Positions 13,865 to 27,700 of a stretch of DNA of 64,000 nt are shown piece by piece. The DNA is from Phoronis australis (Eukaryota > Animalia > Phoronida), in the NCBI GenBank assembly GCA_002633005.1, contig NMRA01000182.1, forward strand, positions 693,198-757,197, given 5' to 3'. Both the position numbers and the translations under genes were made by a program. Every line of letters begins with the position of its first letter. Position 1 is the first letter of the stretch. The notes beneath the pieces were generated by a model. That model had not been told where the DNA came from and made no database searches. It saw only the letters and a list, made by a program, of their open reading frames with translations.

Positions 13865-15083
13865 GTGGAAATGGGAACAGCCCCCTATTCCGAAAATTCA
13901 CTATTCCAAAGGTTCACTACTTCGAAGGTTCACCACTACGAAGGTTCACTACTCCGAAAATGTCTAAAATTTCAGGTGTAACTTCTACATGCAACATAAG
14001 CGACACTTCGGTTATTGCAACTATACCGACAAAAAACACCCGGCTAATAAATCACTTTGTTTTTGTGTCCTGTTCATGTCTGAGTGAGTATGTCTACTTG
14101 CATTTCTAAAAGAATATGAAGTCGGATTGTTGATGAATTATCAACCACGATACGTTCATCAATCCCATGATAAGATTGCATCATCTCACAGCGCGATAGA
14201 AAATTTTAGGACCGCTGCGCTTCAACCTCACCCACCGGAATTTCTCGCACCGCCGGGTCGAAACTAAATGTAGTAAGTAAGCTACCCTGTCCCTGTCACG
14301 AAGTCTCATTAAGTCTTCTTAAATTTAAAACCGCCGTTGGTCGTCGCCTCCCGGATGCGTGCCCCAGGTTTTGTCCCTAATTGAGAACGAGACTTTAGTT
14401 AGATTCAAGAATCACGATTGCCAGTGATAGGAACTGAGCTCTTTTGTAAACAATGTAAATCAATCTTTTCGGGACTATTCAACTCTTTCACACCCTTTAA
14501 ATGATTATTAAATGGACACAAATACAATATCTTATTCATTTTCAATTCTGAATCCTTAGTAGAAAATCAGGGCAATGAACTGTTGGAGTTCTGGTTTCGA
14601 AATTAAGAACATATGAAGTGGTGAACTTTCGATGGTAGCGAACCTTCGGATTAGCGAACCTTCGGTCATGTGCACGTAACCTTGGAAATCTTTTCCATCA
14701 AAATTGTTGCTCGTATGAAATCTACGGGGCTGTGCGCCATTGACATTGATTGACAAGAGAAGACTTTCTTCATTGACTAAAGTTTTAATTAGGTCTAGAC
14801 TTACCTAATAATGTGAACATGCGGGAATTTCTCAGTGCAAGAAAACGCGGTAACTGAATGTCTGATTTTTGAGAAACGACAGAGTAGTCTTTGAGCTTAC
14901 CGTTGGCGTGTACTGAATTTAAAGAACCGGAACGCAGCGCTTTACATCAGAAGCAAATTCAGAATTAATATTAACTTAGTTGTGATCATTGTGGTTAGTA
15001 GAACTAGTAGCTTCAACAGTTTTGTTGTCCATCTACTAAATCTTTTCTTATCCTATCGGATAGGCTAGGGCTGGACCTTTTCC
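13865..15083. repeat. Right arm of the old inverted duplication
   Basis: e.g. 14470-14535 is the reverse complement of about 11690-11750; arrays at 13885-13960 and 14620-14665. Confidence 0.75.
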
Positions 15084-16029
15084 TCGGAGGGGGGTTCGAT
15101 CGAGCCCCCAACCCCCCCCCCTGGCTACGGGCCTCATGCGAATGCATCGATATTTTTTTAATCTGGAACATTCCAAACGGCCGTGTACATGATGTGTTAG
15201 ATACCTAATCCTTAGTACTTGATCGCCGTGATGTACGATGTCGTGGCCAACTACTTCAGAAAAATGATGTGTACCAACACAGAAGTAATATCACTTGTAG
15301 TTGGTTGAATCGAAACATTTGTAAAGTGTTTTTTTTTACATCGACTTCACTCTGTCCAAAATGGGACAATGGCCTAGCCCTTCTAATCTGTGCTCTCACT
15401 TTAATACACAATTTGCAAATGCATCCAATCTTTCTTAAGTCACCTATCCGACAATACTCCTCGAGAACTATTAGTAATTATAAAAGGTCTATTCCGGTTA
15501 AAATTTGACATTCTTAATCAACTCACTGGCGAGTTCTTACAGCTTTCAAAAATCTACTCATGACGAATTCGTACAGTTGGCTCAGGCGAGTCCGTACAGT
15601 AGTTAGTCTGGCTGGCTAATTTACACTTTTCATTTCTTTGTTAATCAAGCACACTTTTAGCTGAATTTTCTGCAGCACACGCCCATATTCATGAACTATT
15701 ACTTATAGTATGAAATGTATTGAATCAATGACATAATGCATCATTTCATAACAAAGTTTCACCGATATTTCTATTTTTCTCACAGCACCACCGAGTCGTA
15801 TTGTGTCGTCATTGCTGGTCACCAATGTGAGATACTTTCAGCGTTTGCCACGACTTCTAAGCTATTGGACAGAACAGTCCCTAATTATATATAGAATCGA
15901 TTTGGACATTTCAAAGACAAATTTGTTCGACTGATGTTCTATTCCTACGTCAAATTGCTCACGACGACGCCGTATTCTCCGTGACAAGCCCAAACACGTT
16001 GTACAGGTCCCCACACCGTGAAAGACACC

Positions 16030-17640
16030 ATGTCATTAGAAAATCACTTTTACACTTCCTGTCCCTTGACCCTAAAATTCGGTTAAGTTGATCCGATCAA
16101 AATTGTATGTAACTTCTGGCTACTCTTGACTGGCACCAAGGGATATACGCAATTTGAAGAGCCAATCTCAAAAATCGCAGCAATAAAAGCATTTGAAAGA
16201 AATGTATAAGTTAAAGCCTCCGGGGGTGTTATAGTCTGATAACCAATGGAAATTGATTGGCAATTGGTTGAACCACTACGAATATGAACGCTCTCCCTAA
16301 TACAGCATGTAAAAATTAGCTTACTGCAAAAATCTGAAATTTAATAGAGAACTGCAGTTAATGACTTCAAAGTTGCACCTAATGATCTGAAAGTTTGTGC
16401 TCCAAGTTTCCTTAGGAAAGGATAACGTACGCCTGATTATGAAACGTCCATCTCAAAATTCATATTTGCAATTACCGACCTTTGATCCGGAAATTGATCC
16501 GATCGAAATTCCATGTAGGTTTTAGGTGCACTTATGCGGCACCAAGCTCCTTACGAAATTTGAAGAGCCATTCTCTAAATCGCAGGAGGAGATTAGCATT
16601 TGGAGAAATGTACTGGTTAACCACTCTGGGAGGCTTATAGTGCCTTTTGGGTCATATCCGTATTATCAATAGAATTGGATAGGCAATTGGTTGAAAAACT
16701 ACGAATATGAACGCCCTCCCTAAAATAACATGTAAGTACTAGCTGATTCAAAAAGTCTAAAATTTACCGGAAATCGGTACATAATGACCCCAAAGTTTGC
16801 GACTGAACTTCTTATAAGAATGGAATACTTACATATAAGCGTGATTATGAAAGATCTAACTAAAAATCCCTTTTGCATTTGATCCGGAAACTTGGTTCCC
16901 TTGATCCGATTGGAATTCCAACAAAAAGCTTTTCATTAGAATACAAAACTGACTTGTGAATTGGAAAATTCCAGCTCAAATATAAGTTTTTCACCTATTG
17001 GCCTTTGACCACAAAATGAGTTCAATTCATTTTATCGAAAATCCGTATATTCTCTCTATGTGGCCCCTACCTGCTTACAAAATTTAAAGAGTCTGTCTCA
17101 AAATTGCCCAGTGGAATGCATTTCAAAGAAATGTATGCTGGTTGATGACTCTGAGGGTCTTGTGGTGCATTATGGGTACTAGCAATAGTATCAATGAAAC
17201 TTGATTGGTTGGACCACCATGGACATGAAACATTTCTCCGGTACATCAAGTATGTACTATTTGATTAAAAAAGTCCGACATTCAACAGAAAGCTTAATAA
17301 TACCAAAATTGCACCTAATGACCCCAAATGCTGTAACTGAACCGTTTTTATGAATGGCAGACATATGCATGAATATGAAAAGTCTTGTTAAAAATCACTT
17401 TTGCACTTACTGACCTTTGACATAGAAATTTGGCTGAACACAGAAATTTCGTGTACTTTCTGGATGCACTTATATATGCACCAAGCTGTTCATGAGATTT
17501 GAAGAGGCAATCTCAAAAATCTCAATGGAGAAGTATTTTGGGGTTCTATAGTGCATTTTGGGTCACATCCTTATAGTATTTGATTAGCATGTGGCTGAAC
17601 CAGCATGAATATGAACGTTACTCACGATAAGCCGCAACAT
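16030..17640. repeat. Degenerate tandem array of Helentron/HINE type
   Basis: Recurring GCACCAAG, TTTGAAGAGCCA, ATATGAACGC, ACCTTTGA blocks at roughly 400-500 bp period; boundaries approximate. Confidence 0.6.
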
Positions 17641-18814
17641 AATGAATGCCCAAATTATCCATGTCATTTTAGTGATTTTTCCGGCCAAAGAGGGGGAGGC
17701 AGGACCTCTGCATTGCAACCATAAATCAAGGACCAACAGAGGTGATACTCAGTCAGAAGAATCAGAAGATTCCGTCTTCAGTCAAACCCGCAGCGCTTAC
17801 GACTATGATGTCCTACGCAACCAGTCGTTTTGAAGGGGCTTCTTCATAACTCTTTGAATGAGTTTTACAAACTGTGGCAGGTTGATGACGACGCATGGTA
17901 ACGAACTTTTTACCAATCCAAAAACTCGGTTTCGACTAGTGGCATTTCGTGCGCTTGCCTCTGTCTTTTCAGAGTTCATCAATAGCTTTCCATGAACGTC
18001 GACTTATAGGCTTCTATTAAGAAAACAAGTGTGGCTGCATTTTTGAAAAGAATACAATTACGTAATTTACACCAACTAGTAGGGATTTTCTGTAATGTTC
18101 GAGTCTTTGTCCTCCGCCTCCAGAACTGCCAAACTGTCAAACAAGGATTATAGAGGGAACTGAAAGACGTGTTTCTGATGAGAGAACCAGGGCTGACGTT
18201 GACTTTGGGCGAGTGGAAGTGCTGTGGTGCCACGTACTTTAATGCTTGCGTCCCTGTATGTTGTTACTCCTTCAGATGATCTCTGTGGCATTGTAGCAAG
18301 TGTTTGCCTCTGGAAGAGGTAACGGCTGAGCACGGATTTTTCGACGGATGTGACTCTACCGCTGTTTCCCCTAGCAGTAATTATATTTTTATCTCTGTAT
18401 TGTCAATAAAAAATAAATTGTTACTTAAGAGAGAGCCTACGTTTCTGCCCTCCTGGATGAATCACATACGCCAACAACACTTAAACACATACCAAATGTG
18501 TATCTTTTACTTAAAATGGATATTGGGATTCATTTGGTAACACGGTTATCACCGCAGAATAAATGCATAACAAAATAATTAAAATGGCGCGTCATTTGAG
18601 TTTTCGTAACCGGTGTTAAAAAACAGTGCAGGCGGCCTGGTCTCATTTGCGGTACACCAGACGTGCGCAGGCTTCAAGGTTGGGTCCATTGCACAAAACA
18701 CTTGAGCTAGAGCACTAGAGCCCACATCATAGTTCTCCGTGAAGAAAGTTTTTAAGTCTGCCAGTCTCCTTTAAGAAAACCGACAGACGTTTCGATTTGA
18801 TGGCATGTACTATG

Positions 18815-19156
18815 CATGCATGCTGTAAGCATGTAACTGTGCCATGCATGCTGTAAGCATGTAACTGTGCCATGCATGCTGTAAGCATGTAACTGTGCCA
18901 TGCATGCTCTAAGCATGTAACTGTGCCATGCATGCTGTAAGCATGTAACTATGCCATGCATGCCGTAAGCATGTAACTGTGCCATGCATGCCGTAAGCAT
19001 GTAACTGTGCCATGCATGCCGTAAGCATGTACCTGTGCCATGCATGCCGTAAGCATGTACCTGTGCCATGCATGCTGTAAGCATGTAACTGTGCCATGCA
19101 TGCTGTAAGCATGTAACTGTGCCATGCATGCTGTAAGCATGTAACTGTGCCATGCA
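18815..19156. repeat. Minisatellite, 12 x 28 bp (CATGCATGCTGTAAGCATGTAACTGTGC)
   Basis: 342 bp = 12 units + 6 nt; few variants, no spacers. Confidence 0.95.
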
Positions 19157-19760
19157 GTAGGTTGCTCCATGGCCTATAAAAAGCTGGACAAGACTCTTCC
19201 AGGTTTTTAGGGATTTCAAAGTCAGTATCAGACTCGGGACACACTGGGCTCCCCATATGGTCAGTATTGTGTCTGTGTCGGGCTAGGTTACAGTGGCCCG
19301 TTAAAATTGGAATGGCGTGTCTTATGCCCAATCTATCTAGACTCAGAAGGTTTTTTGAACCTTTTGGTTTGATCACGTTGGGAAAATTCTCCTTGGTCTC
19401 TCTGCAGGAATTTTAAAAGTGATGCCCACTGGGCTGCTGACTGGATAAGTGTCCAGTTGCGTATACTCATCCTGAAGCATCCGTAAGATATCGGGATAGC
19501 AGGTCTAGGCACAAAATGCAGAACACTTGCTTCTATCTTTGCAAGTCTGTCTGCATTCTCATTGCCATCAATTCCCACATGGAACCTGACTCGGTGTATA
19601 TTGACGCTTCTTTCAAATGCAAGCTTCGTAAAAAATACAAGCATTAATACAACGAGAGTTGATTCTTGATTTCTTTAGGGCTTTTGTTGCTGCTTGGCTA
19701 TCTGAAAAGATCATGGTAATTTGCTAATTGCTAAGCTCGGTGTTATACAGCATTGCCGTG
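19157..19760 (-). mobile_element. Degenerate non-LTR retrotransposon 3' fragment with RNase H (I/R1-Loa-like group)
   Basis: IFSDSQAA, HVGIDGNENADRLAK, LTGHCNL..H...SPVCP motifs with frameshifts. Confidence 0.8.
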
Positions 19761-20399
19761 CCAGTAACCGGTGCTGGTACGAGTGACATTAATCAGGTAT
19801 GTCACCAGAATATGAAACTTACACAAATGAACACAATGTAGTACATCCCGTATCATAAATCATTCTTCTCCTGACGTTCTGTAGTGTTTCACTAGAAAAG
19901 TCTCACGAGCTTCGACTCAAAGGTTTCAGACGAAATAAGATAATGACAATCGGATCAGTTTCATCAAACTGTACGTTGCCGTCAAACACGTTTACATAAA
20001 TATTGAGATGTCAGTGGCGTCTTCAGATGCCCTGATGAACATGGGAGCTTTTGAGGCAACTGATCTGCGATTGTGTGTTCACTTCAAGAGTAAGGATTAT
20101 GACAAAACACTTCAATACATACATGCATACATATATACACACATACTTACATTTTAGGTCTAACCCGTCACCATCTAGTACTAGGTCACTCTTGCCGTTC
20201 ACGTGCAGCACTTCATTACTATTTTTACGATTAGTAATCACATGGAAGTTCATCACTTTTAACGCACAGGTCAAACACGTCACAATACCTTTTCGACGTA
20301 TTTGACAAATAGTTTAAACCACTCACTTTTGCCAAGTTATAATTTAATTGCAGAAAGGTGATAGTTGGACCCCAGTCATTAGTCTTCCCAGAAAAACTT

Positions 20400-21400
20400 G
20401 TTTGGCTATACAATGATTATAACTTTTAGAATACTGTGATTCTGAACATCGAACACACTTTCCAAAGAATTTACAATGACTCTAGTAAGAGGGCTTATAA
20501 TACATCGGAAAGGGTCAATTAGTACAAAGGTCATCAAATTTTTCAAAATGTTATTTCTCCTACACTTTTCAAGGGATTCTCTTCAATTTCAGCGCCCAAA
20601 TTCAAGCGTGCATGCTAATCAAATACTTTACTTTTCTAAGTAAATTGGATCATCGAGTCCGAGATATTGGCCAAAGTTCATTGACAGAAAAGTTAAATTT
20701 CGAACAAGAAACTAGAAGGGTTAGTGTGGTTGCAACATGCAGTTGAATTCTAATTTCAAAGCTTTATGTCATTTGGTGCAACCGTGGGGTCATTAAGTGT
20801 ATTTCTCTTCTGAAATTTTCACCTTTGCATTCAACATGTACTCTGATGTGTGAACAATTAGACAACTGTGATTCTCACTATTAGTCAGAGTTTTCACGGA
20901 CTTTGCAATAATTTCACAACAAAGGCTTATAATCCACCGGAAAGGGTCAACTAGTGCAGACATCATCTAATTTTCAAAATGTTATTTCTCCAACATTTTC
21001 AATGAATTCTCTTCACTTTCTGGATACAGGTGCAAGCATATATGTCAATCAAATACATTACATTTCTGAGCAATCAGGCCATCCAATCAGTTAAAATAGG
21101 TCACTGAGTGCCAACTAATTTTGTGATTGACATTTCAGAGTTACATATGCGATTGATATATGTAATTCCAACTTCAGCGTTTCAGGATCATTAAGTGCAT
21201 TTTTGAAAAATTGACCTTTTCATTTAATATGTTATCGTGATTCTGAACTTTAACAACGCTTTTTTGGATTTCACTTCATTTCGCTACTGGGTTTCATAAT
21301 GCATCGGAAAGCGTCTTACACTACAAAGGATATCTAATTTCATTCAACATCTATTTATTTTATACAATTTCTAGTCTGTTGTGCGAACAGTTCAACATGT
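20400..21400. repeat. Helentron/HINE-type tandem array, opposite orientation to the 49-54 kb array
   Basis: GTCATTTGGTGCAACC, AATGTTATTTCTCC, GGGTCAATTAGT are reverse complements of 49.5-50.3 kb units. Confidence 0.7.
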
Positions 21401-21668
21401 GTGATTCACCATGATCCTTCCTCGTTCTGCTATGGCGCAGAAGCCACCGAAAAGATTGTAACCTTTCCAAAATGTCTCTTGCAAGTTTATATTTCTGAAC
21501 CTGCTGTCAAGGCAGATTTGTACATATTTCAATTAGATTTTGTGGTTACCACAAAAACAGAGAAAACATTCAAGAATTGCTTGCACATCGATGTATTCCN
21601 CGCCAATAAAGTATGACTATTTTCGTCTGGCGTGAGTAAACGACACGCCTACATAAGCGAACAGGGTC

Positions 21669-21676
21669 TATAAATA
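21669..21676 (+). promoter_or_regulatory. Candidate TATA box of the protease-homologue gene
   Basis: TATAAATA 64 nt upstream of the proposed ATG. Confidence 0.5.
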
Positions 21677-21732
21677 CTGATTACAAAACAAACAAGCTGT
21701 TGCAGAAGCAGAAGACAGGGTTCTCGGCAGAT

Positions 21733-21777
21733 ATGACTTTCGTTGTTCTTTGGATAATTTCGACCATCTCTGCAATG
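21733..21777 (+). CDS. Exon 1: signal peptide first half (MTFVVLWIISTISAM)
   Basis: ATG 64 nt after TATAAATA, hydrophobic run, donor ATG|GTAATT, phase 0. Confidence 0.65.
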
Positions 21778-24700
21778 GTAATTGAGGTGACCTGATTCAT
21801 TGATCTTAATTTTCAGCGAAACTACTCACAGAGCAGCGACAGAACAAAAGAAACGAAGAATTCACGTTGCCAAGTAAAACAAAATGTTATTTTTAAGTTA
21901 TGAGGGACTTCCTCAATTAGACTTCGCAAATTCTATGATTTCAGTAAATCTCATCACAAGTAAATGTTTTCTGAAGGCAGATATCCGTGCCACAGTTTAT
22001 GAAATATCTTTTAGGTTTTGCTGCATGCAAATTCAAATTTAAATGGAGCTTTACATAAGTGGGCTGTTTTCGAAGCAACATTAAAGGAGAATGACACCCG
22101 ATTTAGTCTTTTTTGCCGTCTTAATCGGTCTATATCCACATCGCTTCGCACACGGTCGATCTTACCTTGCCAAGAGGTGTCGCGTTAACCTGTGAGCAAG
22201 GTGAGAAACGACACTAGCGACGTCAGTGGTTCATATGCAGAGTGAATGCCACTATGTTGCGGTGCATCGTTCCCGCTTGTCCGAACTAAGCAGTTGCGAG
22301 GAAAGCGGGTATATCGTATTTTTTTACTTCCTCGAGAGTCCGAAATGCTTAGGAAGTGGCTCATGGTTGTGAAGAATGAAATGTACGCTGTAAAAAGCAA
22401 GTATGAGGCCGTGAAACATCTCCGTGCCTGTGGCCTGCAGACGTCGACAGTGCCTGACGAATGCCAGCTTACCAAATAACTCCATACGTTCCGTTGCCTG
22501 AGCTTGTTCACGGCGCCTCTCCAATATTTCTTCATCACTGTATTCCTGTTCGGGACAGATGAGCTCTAGCTCGTCCTAAGTCGGGATTGCGAGTTGCCAT
22601 GTTGGCGTTTATTACTGAGCGTTCTGTTTCAAAATGAATTATTCTCACCCTAACCAATACTTACATAAAACTGAAACAAAGCCCGTCTCATTAGATGCAG
22701 TTAAAATGCCTTTGGAGTGTTCGTAAGTGCAAATGATTTGAGAAGCCCGCAATGAATAAATCACTGCGTTACCGGCTTTAGGTGCAATAAAACTAATTGA
22801 CGGGACACCGAGGCCGTGTGAGCTCATGCTAATTTAGTGTTTGCTGGCAGAAACTGTTGTGAAACAACTCGATTTCCATCCCACGGCCAGGTGTTAGGGG
22901 AATCTATATTTACATTTACATTACTCAAATAATGATTGTCAATGTACAACTTCTGCCCTGACGGTGCTGTGGCCAAAGCGGAACCTGAATTCGCGCGGCC
23001 CCCGACGAGTAAGTAGATTTGCAGTTTCGTGGATAATTCACCAACTTAATCGCGTGCACATTACTTTGGCTCACTATATTATAGTATTTTCTTGACTGGA
23101 AGTTTAGTTTCCACTGAACTTTGGCTGGTTTATGTTCGTGATGTCTGACCAGTTTCCGAGCCACTGGCCGGGATAACTTACGAGTCAATCCGGCCGGTCG
23201 CGACGGGCCTGATCGGGCTCCGAGCCACTGGCCAGGATAACAAACGTTTTGTGTTTAGAACTCAAAAAATCTTAAGTCTGAACAACACAGATCTAGGTTC
23301 TCCTGTCTGTATCTCACGGAAAATACTTCGAAATTATCTCCGAACAGACCCCAAACTCCTGCTACGGACCTTATTGGCCGGCCGATCTTTGTAGGCTACG
23401 ATGTGTCCAAATACCAATAAATCCTTCAGAGCGAAATAAAACAACACGTTTTTATTAGAACTCGGTGTATTTTAAAGGGTTTTACATCGAAGTTTGATGA
23501 TTTATTGGTGTTAAACGATGACTTCAAGCGATAAGCTGACACCAGTAACCCGTGCTGTGAACTGCTGAACAGATTGCGAGTGAAACCAATGACGTCATTG
23601 GATAATTTCAACATCTCCTTCCACCGTCAGGTGTCAGGTAACACAACCGTACGTGTCGTTATGGAGTAGAACTACTCGATCTAAATTGATACAAATTAGT
23701 TTGTTTTGTGGGTGGCATGCTCCTTTAAATGGTTGATGGTTTTACTCAAATTGTTACTTTTTTATAGTGCTCAAATGGTATATCTAAATGTTTCATTTAA
23801 GTCCAATAAACCTTTGTTCTGAAATACGAAGGCACTGTATGGCTCAAAAATTGGCAACAATCTACAGCTATTCTCTCCCATAGTTTCTCAATGCCTTTAA
23901 AAGTGCACTTCTCAAATCACTCCATACCTTGATGGAGAGCGGTTGCCAATAGGTGGCGTGCAGACAAGACTTTTGTGACTAGCTCCATTAGCTTATTCAT
24001 GACATTGCTAAGTGATACAACATGATAATACAATAACTCCATTCTTAGGCTGATTTGTATCACTAACACCTTGTCTTTCAAATTATTTTAACCATAGCTG
24101 GATTTAGGGAGTTGGGCGACAACTTGTCATTTTTAAGGATTTGTGCGGACACTTTTCATTCGAAAAATTGTTGTCGCTCTGTGCCAACGTGTCTTAGGTC
24201 CGCCAGTTCCGACGGTGGTCTGCTGCTTTTTGTGACAAAAGGTGTGACCAGTTTGTTACATTTTGAGGGCCTAATTCCTAGTCTTCATTTTATTCCGTTT
24301 GTGGAACTAAATACCCCTTTAAATGAGGTACATGTATACACGTGTGCACACTAGAAAAATTGACGTTGTATGTTTCATCAATTTGTTTTCTTCAGGCATT
24401 GATAGGTTGCCATGGACAAACAATTGACCAGGAGATGCGGAAGGGCAAGGGCGCACGTAAGTTTCACTGTGATACAAGTAAAGTAATTGAGTTTATAAGT
24501 TGAAGCGTCAATTCCTTATCGCTTCCCTTTTAACATTTGAAATCAAAAACATGCCGAACTGAGGGCATCAAGGGGACATCGGAATAGGAAGTCCTCCAAC
24601 TTGGTCATGAAAAATAACATTTCTAAAGCAAAAGTCCGCACCCGTTGCACAGTGTAGTGTTGTTTATGAGTTTGTATGCCCTATGAACGAATGTTTTCGT

Positions 24701-27700
24701 TCAAACGTCAAACAATGTTACATTGGTCAAACGGTTTGCAGTCTTTCCCGTCGGTTATCCCTGCTTTTTCAAAATGGAGCCATTCAAGATCATTTTCTGC
24801 AATGCCACGCACGTAAAATCACCCGTCAAGAAATTGCGGAAAACACGTCAATTTGCTACGTGGAGCAAGATGTGCTGCGTTTGAAAGTATTAGAGTCCCT
24901 TTTAATTGCTTTTGAGAAGCCTGTTTTGAATGAGCAGCAAACAGGGTCGCGCCGCACGTTACACTTGTTTGCGTGACTTTCCTGTTACCCCAATTCATTA
25001 GTCATTCTTTGCAGTATTTCACACCCGCCGTGTCTCACTGTGTGTTTCGTCAGCTTATACTCTGTGGTTGCATTGTGTCATTTTATCTTCACTTGAGAAT
25101 GAAACAAGTATGTTCCGAAATATCGTGTGTCTTTTAATTATGTCGCTAGGTCAGTTACTGTATCTGTGTTCAGTTGAGAGTAGACTTTTGTTCCGAAGGT
25201 ACGAACGTAACGGAATAAAGACTGTGAACAATGAAAAGTGTCGTGCATTTAACAAATTCCGTATAAGGATTGGGTATCTAACATTGCACAAACATGAAAT
25301 GTTTCACAGTATAAATTGTGGGTGGATTTCCAACACTGTTTTGGAGGAGGGCTACGAAACCAGGTCGAGCAAAAGATAACGCGGAAACGAGCTTGATCAC
25401 AAGTGTCCATTTATAAAGAAGTCAAAAGCAGAACGAGAAGGCAAAGATGAAGAAAATTCCTGGCGAAAAGAGTGCAAAAAGTATATAAAGACAGATTTAG
25501 CACGAGAATACAGTGCAATAAAAGAAATATCGTCATCGATGCTTTGAAAACAATAGGGAAGTCAGACACCTGCAAGTTTAATTGGATAGCATCCTCCGGT
25601 GATGAGGTACTCGAACGACATTACAAAATTTTGGTGGGTCGGATACACACTTTTCCAGTAAAATTGAGATTCATGAGGGTTCAAGGATATCGGAATGAAA
25701 TCTGGTGAAGACACATTTGAATCGAAAATGAACTTTGCCGTGCCAAACGTTAAGCAAATGCCTACGTCAAAAGTGGCTAAGTCTATAACTGCTCGCTCCC
25801 AAAGCCAGTGCGTGTCAGTTGAGCTTAAACGGCAAGAAGATAAATGTTTGAAAAACTAAAACTGGTGGAGACATTGACCTGTTTGGCTACGAAGAACAAC
25901 CGAATTTGAAAGACGAACAACAAAGACTGAACAGGAAACTGAAAGAGTAGAGGAACTGAGAAATTTGTTACAACTGCAGTCTATTAGGGACAAGTATTTT
26001 AACAAATACCCACCCTGTCTACGCTTGCAGTTGAAAGAATGTATACACAAAATATGTGGCATTTTGCCACTGAGATTGAAAGAGTAAGTCCCACTAAGGA
26101 GGGACGTGAACTGGCATAATTAAGAAATTGAGAAGAAGATGAGCTCTCCTATACATGTCAAATATGGACATAGGTGTAATGAGTCTTTCTTGCGCTGATG
26201 TATGTAAATTTTAGATATTTTCTCTTGTTTGGAGTCGTTGCAACAGTCGGTAAACTGTGAAGATTAGTGCAGGGCAATTTACGTTGTTCACGTCGAAGAA
26301 ACCAACAAATCCCAGTTATTTCTGGGAGGTATAGTCTGTGCAGTAAGTCGGACAGCAAGTTTTTGGCCGGAAATCCGATTGCAGCCATTTGACATTTTTT
26401 TACCAAGATACTAGTTTATATGTATAGGAATGACTTATTTATTGATGCATAATTAGACGACATCAATAAGTTGAAAATACCACTGGCTCAATGCCAAAGT
26501 GTACAGTAGTTGCTCATGACGAGACCGGACATTCACGCGAAACTCTAGTATGACGAGTCCGTACAGATATTTTGAGCATAGGTGTCATAAAATACCACAT
26601 AACGTTAACTGCAATTTACAAATGTCAACTATACTTCTCATCCGGGTTGTCTATGGTTACATGGTGGTAATTGTTCAGTGATTTAGTAAGCTTATTGTCC
26701 GATAGATTTTGCTACGGCTCCTAGTCAATTAATAGAAGTATAGACTGTTCGCACGTCTGTTTATAGACATTACTGCACTCACTAAGTAACACTCGATCAC
26801 GTAACAGCGTTGCCGAACGTCCTGTAGATTTCGTCTTCAACCACACTTCAGTCGCCACTTTCGGACACTGTGTGTTATTTTCACTTTTGAACCGTTCATT
26901 TGCGCTCAAACGTTAATCCAATATGACGACCCTCGGGGTCTGAAGATGGCGACCAACCTGTTCCAGGCATTAAACCGCTCGCACTTCTCACCCCGCTTAC
27001 GGACAATTCGTCAGAACAGTGGCAGACGTTTATGCAGAAATAGGGCTTCTATAGTACCATCACCAGGTAAGCTGACCAGTCCCATGAATACCAAGTGGTC
27101 TTGTTTTTGCATACGCTTGGTGACGCTGCGTTGAAAACTTACAATAACTTCCACTTCGACAGGGCTGAATGTGATCGTATCCTGTCACAGATAATTGACA
27201 AGTTTGACCAGTATGCTGTTGGTACATTCAATGAGACCTATGAACGTTTTCTATTTAACTCGCGCACTCAAAACCCTGATGAGACATTCGAATCCTTTCA
27301 CTCTGCTATTCGTGGGCTCAGCAAAACCTGCAAGTCCTGCAACTCTTTCGACACTTGTGTGAACTCCATCATACGTGACCGTATTGTGTTGGGTGCTCGT
27401 GATGACACCACACAGCTGTCGCTACTCAAGGAACCAGCCCTCACACTTGACAAGTGCGTTGACATTTGTAAAACGTACGAACATGCTGCTGCACAGGACA
27501 AAGTACTGAACTCGGCACAATCCGTTAACAAGGTGGACGCTATGCCCCTCTCTAAGCCACCCCACGGGTACGACTGTGCTTCTATTGCGGAACAAAGCAT
27601 GCCATGAGAAAAGAAACGTGATCGGCCTGGGAGAAAACCTGTTCCAACTGTCAGCAACCGAACCACTTTGCGTCCAACTGCCCTCCTATTCCTGCAACCA

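Noticed and set aside
18727-19376. Overlapping repetitive ORFs and a CRISPR-like look
   Set aside because: Pure 28-bp tandem repeat without spacers; the ORFs are by-products of a stop-free unit.
26670-26922. 5' LTR of the Gypsy element
   Set aside because: No matching repeat after 30575 and no clear primer-binding site.
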